Virus record (IMG/VR): IMGVR_UViG_3300037488_002777 | Coordinates: 1-41,941 of that record | Length of the DNA stretch: 41,941 bases | Source: a virus | Taxonomy: Duplodnaviria > Caudoviricetes | Reading direction: 5' to 3' (one strand) | Part shown: in pieces, positions 9,105-18,335 of the stretch | Layout: each line of letters starts with the position of its first letter | Numbering within the stretch: position 1 is the stretch's first letter | The notes under the pieces: generated by a model | What the model was told of the DNA's origin: nothing | Database searches by the model: none | The model's input: the letters and a program-made list of their open reading frames with translations, nothing else | Program-made: the position numbers and the translations under genes

Positions 9105-12100
9105 GGGAGACATTGTGGAAACAAAAACGACTACAGAATTTCCATCCATTGCGAATTTAATCCAATTCGAAATCCTCACGCCGGATGAGTATGGTTGTTT
9201 TACGCTTGACCCCTACAAAGTCGGTAACGTAAGCATTTATTATTTGGTGCGTGATTTTGCTCATTCTTATGGCGAGTATGGCAATCTGGTAAATATACCC
9301 ACAGAACATGCTATTGCAAATTATGAAACAGCTCAGGAGACATTTTGCACAACTAATCCATCTAACGTTGACGCTTATAATGCTGCTTACGAAGCATTGC
9401 AGGTAGCTAAATTGGAATTAGAATCTAGTACTTTGCCTTTAGACACTAGCAAAATTTATTATTCTGAGGCTAAATCTGTAGCTGTTTATGGGGATGCAAA
9501 TGATCCAGCGTGGTTAAGTTCAGATGTTTCAAATGCTTTAATTACTCTCGAACCGTTTGATGCGGTTGGGAATCCTCAGTCTGGTCATTTTAGCTTGGTT
9601 TGGAATCCAGCTGGTATGCGAGAGGGTGATTATTTCATTACATGGACATGGAATACGCTCCCAGCTAGTACAACCCTAATTGCTAGTGAATATTTCAGCA
9701 TCAAGGGCAGTACGCAACTTACCACAAGTATCCCAACACATCGCACAGTACCTGGAAAATATGAGACTCTACTAGAACGTTATCGTCCTGAGATGTTCAA
9801 AATGTTCATGAGTACGTCGGATCTGTCGCCTCAAATTCTTCAAGGTTTTGATGAGGCTATTGCTTTGGGATTCACGTCTTTAGAGGACATGGCTAATCAA
9901 AGTTTGGATCTGATTGATGCGAATGCTACACATGAGTCTCTGTTGACGCCTTTAGCAAATTTGTTCAGTTTGAAGTTGAGATCGGGTGATCCTACTCTTT
10001 GGCGTCGTCAGGTTAAATCGGCTGTACCTCTTTCTAAGAAGCGGGGAACGTTTTCTGGGTTACAGGATGCTTTGAGCCAAGCGGGAATTTCTTTAAAGCG
10101 TTTTTCTAAGTTGTGGCAGGTAATTTCATCTTATACGGTTCAGGAGTATTTCCAGTTTAATGGGATTACTACATTTGAACTTGCTCGGGCGGCGATACTG
10201 CCCATTAACCCGCTTAATGCAGAACTTTATTATCGTCATGGGGCTGGTGAGTGGGTGAATTTGACGAGTACTTATGCTTCTTACGTTACGTTTGTGGATA
10301 ATCGTCATTTTCAATGGGTTTCTAGTTCTCCCGCTTTGGTTTCTGGTGATTCTATTCGGTTGATTTATGAGGTGTCTCCTGTTCCATCTGGCGGGCAGGG
10401 GGCAGAGACTTACTTGCGAACATTGCCATTGTCAGATGATCGTGATGAGCAGGATCAGGATTGTCCGTTGAAGAATTGGAATGTGCGGTTGATTGCTGAG
10501 GATGATCCGTGGTTCAATACTTTGGTGGCTGATAGGCATCCGTATTATGAGCAACTGATTTATGGTTGGGTGCGAACGGAGTTCCCTTATTCGGAGAACA
10601 TTTATAATAACGAGGAATACAATGGTAGTTCTCGTGAGTCCACTGATCCTTGTAATATTGATTGTGATTTTCTTGATCCTTGTCGTTATTGTCAGAGTAG
10701 CAAGTTTGATTTGGATTTAGAGGTAGAGAATTTAGGGGATGATCGGAAAGAGGAAGCATTACAGATCATTGATGAGTTCAAGCCTTTTCATGCTTTGGTG
10801 AATCGGATCAGTTTTCAGGGTTCAATGGTGGATTTAATGCAACCGCCTTTGGAGGAGATTCAAGGTATGGTCCAGTATCTTGGACAGCAAATCACTCTTT
10901 CAGGTCCACAGATGAATTTTAATCGGAATCCGTTTGATGTGCTTGAGTTGTATCGTGATGAATTGGCTAATCAGGAATTGGTGGATTCTGGGGTTGGGAT
11001 GGGGTCTAATGAGCGAATTGTACTGTTTTCTCCCAATATTCCTTTGGATGAGTACAGTTTGCAGAATAATATTCTCCAAGTTCTAGGTCCGAATCCGAAT
11101 TCTGGGTTTTATACTTTGGATTATCTCATTGATGGTCACCGAGCGGCGGTGAATTCGGTTTTAGAGCCGTTCTATTCGGGTAATTTTACTTTTCGTAGTT
11201 CATCTAAGTTATATGATGTCATGTCGACTACGATTACGCAGGATAATATACTTACGTTTTATGATTCGAATGTGCAATTGGCTAATTATTCTATTCATGG
11301 TTCTGATGAGGGTGTGCCTCCTTGGAAAGTGTTGATTGCGGCTTTGAGTCAGTCTTATGAAGTCATTCAGGTTTTGTCGGATGGTGGGTTGGTAATTGCT
11401 AATGGTACTCCTGCTTTGCCTTCTGCGAGTCAATCTGGAATTGCGTATTCACTTCTTGATCCTGCTGATAATGTGGTTTTGGGGTCTACGACGGGGGTGT
11501 TACGGGTTCAGTTTCGGGGGCGTGTGGATGTAGGGAGTGCGATGGGTAGTGATGTTAAAAATGTTGTTCAGTTGGATGGGCATTATTTCTTTTTCTTGAA
11601 TTCGGATTGGGTGAATCAGTACTCTATCATTGGGTTTGTGGATGGTCAGCCGCATCAGTTTTATATTGATGGTTATGCGGGTTCTAACATGGCGGGTGTT
11701 CAGACCGTAGTGTGCCGTAGGGATATTAATAATGCAGTGGGTAATTTTGCATATGATGGTTTACGATTAGTGACGCCGACGAATTATGAGGTTTCTCTGG
11801 ATATTGAGAATGGGGCAAATCATCTTTCGGCACAGCCAGTGCTAGAAAAACTAAAGGAAAATTACTTGCTTAAGATTGGATCGGATTATTACGCAATTCA
11901 GCAAATTGATGGAACGATGATTACCCTTTCTGGCCCGGCTCAGACGTGGTATTTGTTTGGGACACCTGTTCCTTTTGAGATTTACCAATTTTCGTTCATT
12001 GGTCCTTATACTTACCCAACTACTACTGATCCTAATATTCCTGGTCATACGTTAGACTATATAAATAGACGGTCAGGGGAAGTGATTGATTCCACTGAAA

Positions 12101-12225
12101 CGTTGATATCTCCATTACTAGCTCTTGCCATCAAGAACTCAGTAGACAAGAACCAAATAGAAGACGTGACCGGACTGATCGAAGATATTACTTATACTAT
12201 TGAATACAAAAAAGGAGACACATGA
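9097..12225 (+). CDS. Large baseplate wedge protein (gp7/P2 gpI-like domain)
   Basis: 'LID......LL..LA.LF.......WRRQV..AV.L.KKRGT..GL..AL' P2-I-like segment and 'FKPFHA'; follows gp6/J. The true start may be GTG 9115 (SD GGAG). Confidence 0.7.
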   Translation: MTKGDIVETKTTTEFPSIANLIQFEILTPDEYGCFTLDPYKVGNVSIYYLVRDFAHSYGEYGNLVNIPTEHAIANYETAQETFCTTNPSNVDAYNAAYEALQVAKLELESSTLPLDTSKIYYSEAKSVAVYGDANDPAWLSSDVSNALITLEPFDAVGNPQSGHFSLVWNPAGMREGDYFITWTWNTLPASTTLIASEYFSIKGSTQLTTSIPTHRTVPGKYETLLERYRPEMFKMFMSTSDLSPQILQGFDEAIALGFTSLEDMANQSLDLIDANATHESLLTPLANLFSLKLRSGDPTLWRRQVKSAVPLSKKRGTFSGLQDALSQAGISLKRFSKLWQVISSYTVQEYFQFNGITTFELARAAILPINPLNAELYYRHGAGEWVNLTSTYASYVTFVDNRHFQWVSSSPALVSGDSIRLIYEVSPVPSGGQGAETYLRTLPLSDDRDEQDQDCPLKNWNVRLIAEDDPWFNTLVADRHPYYEQLIYGWVRTEFPYSENIYNNEEYNGSSRESTDPCNIDCDFLDPCRYCQSSKFDLDLEVENLGDDRKEEALQIIDEFKPFHALVNRISFQGSMVDLMQPPLEEIQGMVQYLGQQITLSGPQMNFNRNPFDVLELYRDELANQELVDSGVGMGSNERIVLFSPNIPLDEYSLQNNILQVLGPNPNSGFYTLDYLIDGHRAAVNSVLEPFYSGNFTFRSSSKLYDVMSTTITQDNILTFYDSNVQLANYSIHGSDEGVPPWKVLIAALSQSYEVIQVLSDGGLVIANGTPALPSASQSGIAYSLLDPADNVVLGSTTGVLRVQFRGRVDVGSAMGSDVKNVVQLDGHYFFFLNSDWVNQYSIIGFVDGQPHQFYIDGYAGSNMAGVQTVVCRRDINNAVGNFAYDGLRLVTPTNYEVSLDIENGANHLSAQPVLEKLKENYLLKIGSDYYAIQQIDGTMITLSGPAQTWYLFGTPVPFEIYQFSFIGPYTYPTTTDPNIPGHTLDYINRRSGEVIDSTETLISPLLALAIKNSVDKNQIEDVTGLIEDITYTIEYKKGDT

Positions 12226-12701
12226 GTGAGATCATGACGCATATTCATCCCGTAGGAAACGTGGAACAAATTATTGAATACAGAGACGGTAGCCGAGAAG
12301 TGATTTGGTTCAAGAATACGGTATTACAGAAGGGCCGTGAAGCTTTAGCAGCATGCTTGGCAAACAAAGTTGGCATTCAGTTCGACTATTTCATTAATCG
12401 GATGGACTTCGGGGATAATGGGACAGTAGCAGGGGTTCCAAAGATCATAGGATCGGATCGGGATGGTTTGTTTGGGATTGTGCGAGTGTCTAAGCCAGTC
12501 ATTGCCAGCATTCCCGTAGGGAGTTCTTCTCAGGTGATTTTTACTGCTGTGGTAGGTTTTGATGATGGGAATGGGTACCCAATTAATGAGATGGCGTTAC
12601 GAATGGCGAATGGTCACTATTACAGTATGGCAACTTTTGCGGACTTGAATAAAACATCAAATTTCCAAATAACTTGGAACTGGAGTTGCTGCTTTATTTA
12701 G
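12222..12701 (+). CDS. Tail collar/baseplate-associated structural protein
   Basis: 'N.VL..GR..LA', 'M.FG..G', 'NG..INEMAL', 'F....K.S...I...W' pattern seen in tail-collar/fibre N-terminal domains; SD AAGGAG. Confidence 0.6.
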   Translation: MSEIMTHIHPVGNVEQIIEYRDGSREVIWFKNTVLQKGREALAACLANKVGIQFDYFINRMDFGDNGTVAGVPKIIGSDRDGLFGIVRVSKPVIASIPVGSSSQVIFTAVVGFDDGNGYPINEMALRMANGHYYSMATFADLNKTSNFQITWNWSCCFI

Positions 12702-12748
12702 CAATTCCAAGTAATCTGAAAAATAATGTGCATATAGTAGGACTATTA

Positions 12749-13009
12749 ATGCGAGTTGAAATTAAGAATTATCAGGATGACTCAGGAGAGATATGCCGAG
12801 GCATTTTTGTCGAGGGAGAACTCTTTGATTGGGGTTTAGATGAGGCGGACCTGAAGACTGCGAAGACTTTGATAAGGCAAGAACCACTCATGCGGAAGTC
12901 AGTGATGGGGGATATTCAGAGTCATTTTGTGGCGTGTTTTTCCGAATTTATCGGACAAGAAGTGACACTTTCTCAGATTAATGAGGCATTGCGAACGGGT
13001 GAATTATGA
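12749..13009 (+). CDS. Hypothetical protein
   Basis: ATG 12749 follows AGGA; ATGA overlap with the next gene. Confidence 0.6.
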   Translation: MRVEIKNYQDDSGEICRGIFVEGELFDWGLDEADLKTAKTLIRQEPLMRKSVMGDIQSHFVACFSEFIGQEVTLSQINEALRTGEL

Positions 13010-13518
13010 TTCTTGTGAATGAAACGGATGAACGGTTTTATCTCGGGCCTTCTACTTTGCCAAATGCAGGTGAGGGCGTGTTCACGAAGGTTCTGCTTAA
13101 GAAGGATGATCACATGGAGATCATCGGGGTTTGTGTGGGTCGGGAATCAGTGGCGGATGCTTGTACGAGTTATGCGAAGGCGTACAAGTTTGCGGCTCGG
13201 GCGGGGGAAGATTTTACTCGTCATGTGATTCCACTTGGTTATGCGGCTGTTGTAAATCATGGGTCTGCCGAGAAGCGGAACTGTGAATTGCGTGAGTATC
13301 GGGGGCCAAAAAAGAATCCGAATGCTAGTACTATGGTTTATAAGTTTAGTCGTGATATTGCGGCTGGTGAAGAGATTTTGGGGAATTACGGTGGGACGTA
13401 TGCGACTGTGTTGGAGTGGTCTGATAATTTTTCTGGCGTGGCAGATGAAAACTGTGATGAGTGGGAAGTCTTTTTGTCCTACAACCTATATAGGTTAGGG
13501 ATTTTGTTAGGGGAATAA
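13006..13518 (+). CDS. SET-domain protein (putative lysine methyltransferase)
   Basis: SET motifs in order: 'S.LPNAG.GVF', 'VVNHG...N', 'RDIAAGEEI..NYG'. Confidence 0.85.
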   Translation: MILVNETDERFYLGPSTLPNAGEGVFTKVLLKKDDHMEIIGVCVGRESVADACTSYAKAYKFAARAGEDFTRHVIPLGYAAVVNHGSAEKRNCELREYRGPKKNPNASTMVYKFSRDIAAGEEILGNYGGTYATVLEWSDNFSGVADENCDEWEVFLSYNLYRLGILLGE

Positions 13519-13520
13519 CG

Positions 13521-14315
13521 ATGCCGAATATTAATACACTTGCGGAAGTCCTTGCTCAACCGGAATGGCCATATCATTACCATTACGATAATCTGCCACT
13601 GAGACAGATTCTCTTGCGGCAGGACATGATTAATTCAGCGGTAGATGCGAATACATTAATCCTTGAGTCTGCAAAGGGTACAGCTGCGGACTTGACCGCT
13701 CGTTTGAATATGACACAATTTTCGGATGGTTCGTTGCGACCCGATGTGATCCCGGTTCATAGTATCGATTTGGTGCTGGATACTGGAGCTACCTCGGTTG
13801 ATACTTCACAACCTTATGTGAAGATGATGTCGATAGAACGGGCGAAGTTGGCAACGATCTCCAGTAATGCGACGGCTTTGCAAATTTCTTTTGTGAGTAA
13901 CCCTCTTGACCCGGTTGATGTGATTTTTCGAGATCAGTTGGTGAAGTTTGATAATTCTGCAACGATTTCTTGGCGACTCTCATCGGATAGCACTCATACC
14001 AATAACGTAATGTATGCGGATTTGCGGACTCCCACGCCAACCGTACCATATTTTAATGTGGTGCCTGCTACCCTAGATTACAAGAATTATTCTATTGGGC
14101 AGCCCATTGTTTCTAATTCTTTGCGGGTACATGTGAATGGCATACGTCTGTCAGACGTACCGTTGCCTGTACCGCATATTACCATTTCGTCCTGCACATC
14201 CTCGTGTTGGACTACTCTTTCTTACGTTTCTGTTGACACAGCGGGGACATTTCAATTGAACACGCCGATTTCGGCTGCTTATGTTATCCGTATAGATTAT
14301 AACAGAACGTCTTGA
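13521..14315 (+). CDS. Putative virion structural protein (tail-associated)
   Basis: 'GT..DL.ARL......DGSL' and C-terminal 'SLRVHVNG.RL...F....P......I.IDY' beta-sandwich motif seen in phage tail proteins. Confidence 0.55.
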   Translation: MPNINTLAEVLAQPEWPYHYHYDNLPLRQILLRQDMINSAVDANTLILESAKGTAADLTARLNMTQFSDGSLRPDVIPVHSIDLVLDTGATSVDTSQPYVKMMSIERAKLATISSNATALQISFVSNPLDPVDVIFRDQLVKFDNSATISWRLSSDSTHTNNVMYADLRTPTPTVPYFNVVPATLDYKNYSIGQPIVSNSLRVHVNGIRLSDVPLPVPHITISSCTSSCWTTLSYVSVDTAGTFQLNTPISAAYVIRIDYNRTS

Positions 14316-14334
14316 GCTTTCTCGGAAACTGTTT

Positions 14335-14892
14335 ATGTATCAAACTACAAACTTGAATTGTGGATTCGTTATTTTGAGTCCAGAGATCAGCTACGGACAT
14401 ATTTTAACTACGTACCGTTCAATTAGGACTCATTACCCCACTACTCTCATTTGCTGTGCAGTTGCTAAAGAAGTAACTGACGAGGAAATGGAAAAGATTG
14501 GGACTCTTTGCCCAGTTCATCGTGGCAATACGCATTTCACTTCACTGATAAATGCTGGGGTGAAGAATGGGAACAAAGGGTGGAACATGCTCGTGACTGA
14601 GGGAGCCATCGTTACAAATGGTGTACTAGATAAGTATGCCAGATTTGTGGAATCTGAGAAGGATATTTTGTTTGCTATTTTGCCTGACTATGATCTTCAG
14701 GGCAAACCCATTCGTCTAAATAATACGTTCTATGATTGTTCTTTGAATGGGGTGATGGTACATCAAAAAACATACAAGGAAATTGGCAATCTCACGAATA
14801 ACCCGTTAGAGATTTCTCGTGTGATGTGGGCTCTAGAAGCCATTAAAAAGGGTTGCCGGTTTAAAGCGATTTTAGGAATAAAAATCATCTAA
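14335..14892 (+). CDS. Degenerate GT-A (family 2)-like protein
   Basis: '...TY.SI', 'SLINAGVK....W..L...G', 'NG.M.H.K.Y.EIG' loosely match the GT2 fold; no clear DxD motif. Confidence 0.4.
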   Translation: MYQTTNLNCGFVILSPEISYGHILTTYRSIRTHYPTTLICCAVAKEVTDEEMEKIGTLCPVHRGNTHFTSLINAGVKNGNKGWNMLVTEGAIVTNGVLDKYARFVESEKDILFAILPDYDLQGKPIRLNNTFYDCSLNGVMVHQKTYKEIGNLTNNPLEISRVMWALEAIKKGCRFKAILGIKII

Positions 14893-15218
14893 CGACGACC
14901 TGTTCTCACACCAACATTTGTACCGCCAACTCTGACGTTTACGCCACCAGCTCGGGGAGCAGGGTACGGTCCACGACGAGGTGGAGGTGGGGGTGGTAAC
15001 GGTCGTGGTGGGTAAGGTCGATAGTAAGGAGCATACGGAGGTCGTACGTGACCACCACCAACTACTACGGTCGTGTTACGACCCGGTGCATAAGGAGCAA
15101 CCGATCCCGTGCTTCCACCTTGTTGTTGAATGGTGATCTGTTGTGGGGGTGGTTGTGGTTGGTGCGGATGGCAACCAGCCAATCCTATCAATAAAACGAT
15201 ACCCAAAAACTTTTTCAT
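14889..15218 (-). CDS. Proline/arginine-rich lipoprotein
   Basis: MKKFLGIVLLIGLAG-C lipobox; SD AAGGAG before ATG 15218. Confidence 0.7.
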   Translation of the reverse strand: MKKFLGIVLLIGLAGCHPHQPQPPPQQITIQQQGGSTGSVAPYAPGRNTTVVVGGGHVRPPYAPYYRPYPPRPLPPPPPPRRGPYPAPRAGGVNVRVGGTNVGVRTGRR

Positions 15219-15240
15219 GGCGTATCTCCTTGTTTCAACG

Positions 15241-15246
15241 TATTTA
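15241..15246 (-). promoter_or_regulatory. Putative late promoter TAAATA for the lipoprotein gene
   Basis: Minus strand reads ggTAAATAcgttgaaacAAGGAG...ATG; resembles the T4 late consensus TATAAATA. Confidence 0.5.
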
Positions 15247-15254
15247 CCCCTCAT

Positions 15255-15293
15255 AAATAAAAAAGCTCGCTCAAAATGAGCGAGCTTTTCTTT
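15255..15293. terminator. Intrinsic terminator (likely bidirectional) ending the methyltransferase operon
   Basis: aaaagctcgctca-aaa-tgagcgagctttt perfect 13-bp stem with U tracts on both strands. Confidence 0.85.
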
Positions 15294-15341
15294 CTGCACC
15301 GATCTGTATCTATCCAATCCACTCCATGCCGATCCACACCA

Positions 15342-16343
15342 CTATGTGGTGCGTTGATCATATTGTTGCAAATATTTATCGAGGATGTTCTTTATAGAAA
15401 AACGCCCCCGACCATATTTATCCTGTAAAGCGACACTTGCATCCTTCTTCTTCATCTTCTGTTGTTCTACCATGTCTTCATAATCTTTACAGATGGCAAA
15501 GGCTTCTTCCTCGGAAACTGGTTTGCCTTGATTTGAAGGATTTATATTTTCCACTTTCTTCATATTAGCCAAATCTTCACCGAACACCACATTGCAGAGT
15601 TTAGCTATATGATAATCATATGTGGACTTATTCAACTCAAATCCACAAACTTTACGGCCCATCTTCAGAGCAGCATAGGCTGTGGTGAAGTTGCCCATGA
15701 AGAAATCGCAGATTAGATCGCCTTCGTTGGAAGAGTACAAAATTAATTTCTTGATAAGTTCCTCTGGTAACTTATTCTGATTTTTTGCCTCATTTGGCGA
15801 ATAATCTTTATTTATCACAAACACATCTTCCATATCCTGATACAGCAATGATCCACCTTTTGCTGATTTTTCCTGCGAACCGAAACGACAATGAGTGTTG
15901 AAAACCACTGTGGTGTTAGCGGCTTTGCGGTAGTAAAGGATATGATAATGTGATGTAACAAACTTGTTCTTTGTATTGACTCCGAAATTGAACTTCCAAA
16001 TGATATGGTTTACTAAATCCAATCCCAATTCGGCGGCAGCGTTTAGGATGTGGCGTAAGTTGGTATGACCAGAAATTATATAAAAAGAACCATTATCAGA
16101 TAACAATTCTTTGGCTTTAGTCATCCATTCTAAAGTCCATTGGTCATACCCTTTATCTTTTGGGGCTTCTTGATACCCATCAATTACGTTATCGGAATCA
16201 CGCTTGTAATGCTTGTTAAACTCCGATTCATTTATTCCAAATGGTGGATCACAAATCATCAGATTTACAGAACCAGCCACTATCCTTTGACTGCCACTTA
16301 CACAGTCATCATTAAATAATTCTTTAACATACTCGTTTTGCAT
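15342..16343 (-). CDS. DNA amino-methyltransferase (N6A/N4C, beta class) with C-terminal extension
   Basis: Motif IV DPPF precedes motif I 'DFFMGNFTT'; also 'IIW.F', 'KLPEELI..LI...SNEGD', 'GFEL'. Confidence 0.92.
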   Translation of the reverse strand: MQNEYVKELFNDDCVSGSQRIVAGSVNLMICDPPFGINESEFNKHYKRDSDNVIDGYQEAPKDKGYDQWTLEWMTKAKELLSDNGSFYIISGHTNLRHILNAAAELGLDLVNHIIWKFNFGVNTKNKFVTSHYHILYYRKAANTTVVFNTHCRFGSQEKSAKGGSLLYQDMEDVFVINKDYSPNEAKNQNKLPEELIKKLILYSSNEGDLICDFFMGNFTTAYAALKMGRKVCGFELNKSTYDYHIAKLCNVVFGEDLANMKKVENINPSNQGKPVSEEEAFAICKDYEDMVEQQKMKKKDASVALQDKYGRGRFSIKNILDKYLQQYDQRTT

Positions 16344-16352
16344 AACCCTGGT

Positions 16353-16610
16353 TTAACAAAGTTGGAAAATCTTTCCAACTTGCAAGGCAACCTTTCTTTT
16401 GCCTAAATTGTTATTACAATCGCTCCCTACGACCAGTTCTGATAGGAAGGCTTCGCTTGATAGACTCTCACTATCATCATGGAAGTAGTCACGCAACTCT
16501 TGTAGGTTACGCATTCGTTTCCATTGTCCTGTGAGGACAGCTTTCACCTTGCTCCACAAAGCCCAAGAATGAACCTTCTTTCCACGGTACTTTTCATCAA
16601 GAGTTCCCAT
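16353..16610 (-). CDS. Hypothetical protein
   Basis: Fills the gap in the minus-strand operon; start at 16610 or 16625. Confidence 0.45.
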   Translation of the reverse strand: MGTLDEKYRGKKVHSWALWSKVKAVLTGQWKRMRNLQELRDYFHDDSESLSSEAFLSELVVGSDCNNNLGKRKVALQVGKIFQLC

Positions 16611-16665
16611 GATCTTCCGTTTCACTCGCTTTGCTTCGCAAATACTAACTTAATACAGTTTCACT

Positions 16666-16869
16666 TCAATTTTCTTTACAAATTTTTCCAACTTTTTCTA
16701 ATACAATGTCAAGCTGTCGTTTCCTCCTATCACTAACTTGATGTAACTTAGTTTTATCTCTTGAACGACAAGAGGAGCACCGTAAGTTCTCCTCTGTCTG
16801 TTCTTTGTTTGCTCTAATCTTCTTGTAAATTGTTGGACATTTATTACAACGATACCAAATATGCTGCAT
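16666..16869 (-). CDS. Small zinc-ribbon protein
   Basis: YRCNKC...LRCSSC; TAATG overlap with the upstream gene. Confidence 0.65.
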   Translation of the reverse strand: MQHIWYRCNKCPTIYKKIRANKEQTEENLRCSSCRSRDKTKLHQVSDRRKRQLDIVLEKVGKICKEN

Positions 16870-17558
16870 TATCGTACCTTAGCTTCATCAGCAAGTTTAT
16901 TAAGTAGTGTATTATGCCAGTTCTTTACAATCATATTTAAACCGGCGTCATTTGCCGGTTGATATTTCTTGGCAAATTTCTTTTCCATTTGCTCATCAAT
17001 TTCAGCATAAAACAAACAATTTTCTTTCTTCGGAATATAAAGTAAAACTTGCCCTTTTCCATCATAACCATTTTCGTTACAGTGCTTGTTATGATTACAA
17101 CTTTGTGATAGCAATGTCTGTACTCGCTCACAATCTAACAGACCAAATGAAACGGGGTTTTCCATTACAACCATTAAATAATCGAACTCACCGCGAAACA
17201 ATTGCGTTGTGTCCTTTGTGTTTTTCAGTTGAATAGCAGTAGGTTTTTTCATTTTCCCACTTTTGCCCCGCTTGTAAGGACGCTCAAAAATACTTGGCTT
17301 CGACGACTTCACACTAATCTTAGATCCCTGACTCACCCAATCATAAGTCAAACCTTCATTTTCTAGAGTTTGAATTACATCTGGACTGAACACTCGATTG
17401 ACGATGTTATTAAACAGAAAAGGAATGTACATCCTATATGAAAGATTATTAAAAATAGAAGGACGAGCCACTTTGTTCCAAAAAATAACTTCTAATAAGT
17501 CATTTTTTCGCAGTTTGAATTGTTTGGCAATCACGTCAGTTTCAGGTTTAATGCTCAT
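16869..17558 (-). CDS. Hypothetical protein, possible type II restriction endonuclease (PD-(D/E)XK variant)
   Basis: 'YD.....KISVKS' resembles D...SxK; also 'FDYLMVV'; same operon as a DNA MTase; SD AAGGA. Confidence 0.45.
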   Translation of the reverse strand: MSIKPETDVIAKQFKLRKNDLLEVIFWNKVARPSIFNNLSYRMYIPFLFNNIVNRVFSPDVIQTLENEGLTYDWVSQGSKISVKSSKPSIFERPYKRGKSGKMKKPTAIQLKNTKDTTQLFRGEFDYLMVVMENPVSFGLLDCERVQTLLSQSCNHNKHCNENGYDGKGQVLLYIPKKENCLFYAEIDEQMEKKFAKKYQPANDAGLNMIVKNWHNTLLNKLADEAKVR

Positions 17559-17601
17559 TAGATATTCCTTAAAGTAGTAATTGAGTTTTTCTTATGAGCG
17601 A

Positions 17602-17630
17602 ATTCTACTAACTGCCTTAAGGTGAATCAA
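17602..17630 (-). promoter_or_regulatory. Sigma70-type promoter
   Basis: Minus strand TTGATT-N17-TAGAAT, about 45 nt upstream of ATG 17558. Confidence 0.7.
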
Positions 17631-17674
17631 TTGCAAGTTTGAAATAAAGAGTTTTATCTCGTCGGGGTGTTACA

Positions 17675-18262
17675 TTAGGTGGATCGAAAGGGAGTGGATG
17701 GGAACCCCGTTGTTAGAATAGGATATTTTTGGAGTATCTTGTTCATATTCTGCCCCGCCCAAGCCATAAATTTGCGTTCTTCTGCTTGAGGACCACCCTC
17801 GTAAGTCATTCCTTTTTGCTCATGTTCTAACTCGTGCATGGATTCATGAACAATGGTACTGGCAATTTGAAGGACGGCTTCTAGGTCATTTCGGGCTTGG
17901 CTAAGGATGCGGCGGACATTGACTCGAATGGTGTCTGTTATTTTGACTTGTCGGGCATCCATTTGAGGGAAATATTGTTTGAGAACTTTTCTGGGCAATT
18001 GTTTGATCTTATCTTTTTGGATTTTCCCCCAATAAATTAATCGTTGTTCCAAACTGGGGTCTACTGTTTGCTGGTTTTCGCCTGAGTTGTAGAGTCCGTA
18101 GGCCCCGGAAGCGAGGTCAGCAATGGTGTTGATATTAAATAATAATTCGGGTCGGTAGGCTCGTACGAGTTCTACGGCGATATGGGCTTTGTCGTAGACG
18201 GTGCTAATTTGGCTATCGTCTACGTTAGCGTCTTTTTGGTTTAGCCATTCTTTGAAATCCAT
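17675..18262 (-). CDS. Zincin-like metallopeptidase-domain protein
   Basis: 'TIVHESMHELEH....E....AE' HExxH plus a downstream Glu; the N-terminus MDFKEWL begins at 18262. Confidence 0.65.
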   Translation of the reverse strand: MDFKEWLNQKDANVDDSQISTVYDKAHIAVELVRAYRPELLFNINTIADLASGAYGLYNSGENQQTVDPSLEQRLIYWGKIQKDKIKQLPRKVLKQYFPQMDARQVKITDTIRVNVRRILSQARNDLEAVLQIASTIVHESMHELEHEQKGMTYEGGPQAEERKFMAWAGQNMNKILQKYPILTTGFPSTPFRST

Positions 18263-18267
18263 GAGAG

Positions 18268-18293
18268 TATTTATCATCTGTGGATGATAAATA
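18268..18293. promoter_or_regulatory. Palindromic back-to-back ATAAATA late-promoter pair
   Basis: tatttatcatc-tgtg-gatgataaata: perfect 11-bp inverted repeat between divergent genes, each arm containing ATAAATA. Confidence 0.65.
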
Positions 18294-18335
18294 ACTACGT
18301 ATTGGGTAGGTTGATTTTAATAAGGTGAAGAAGTT

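Noticed and set aside
2515-12701. Bacterial eCIS/T6SS/tailocin locus
   Set aside because: The gene order is CIS-like, but the long TMP, primase, T4-like late promoters, homing endonucleases and absence of host housekeeping genes indicate a phage.
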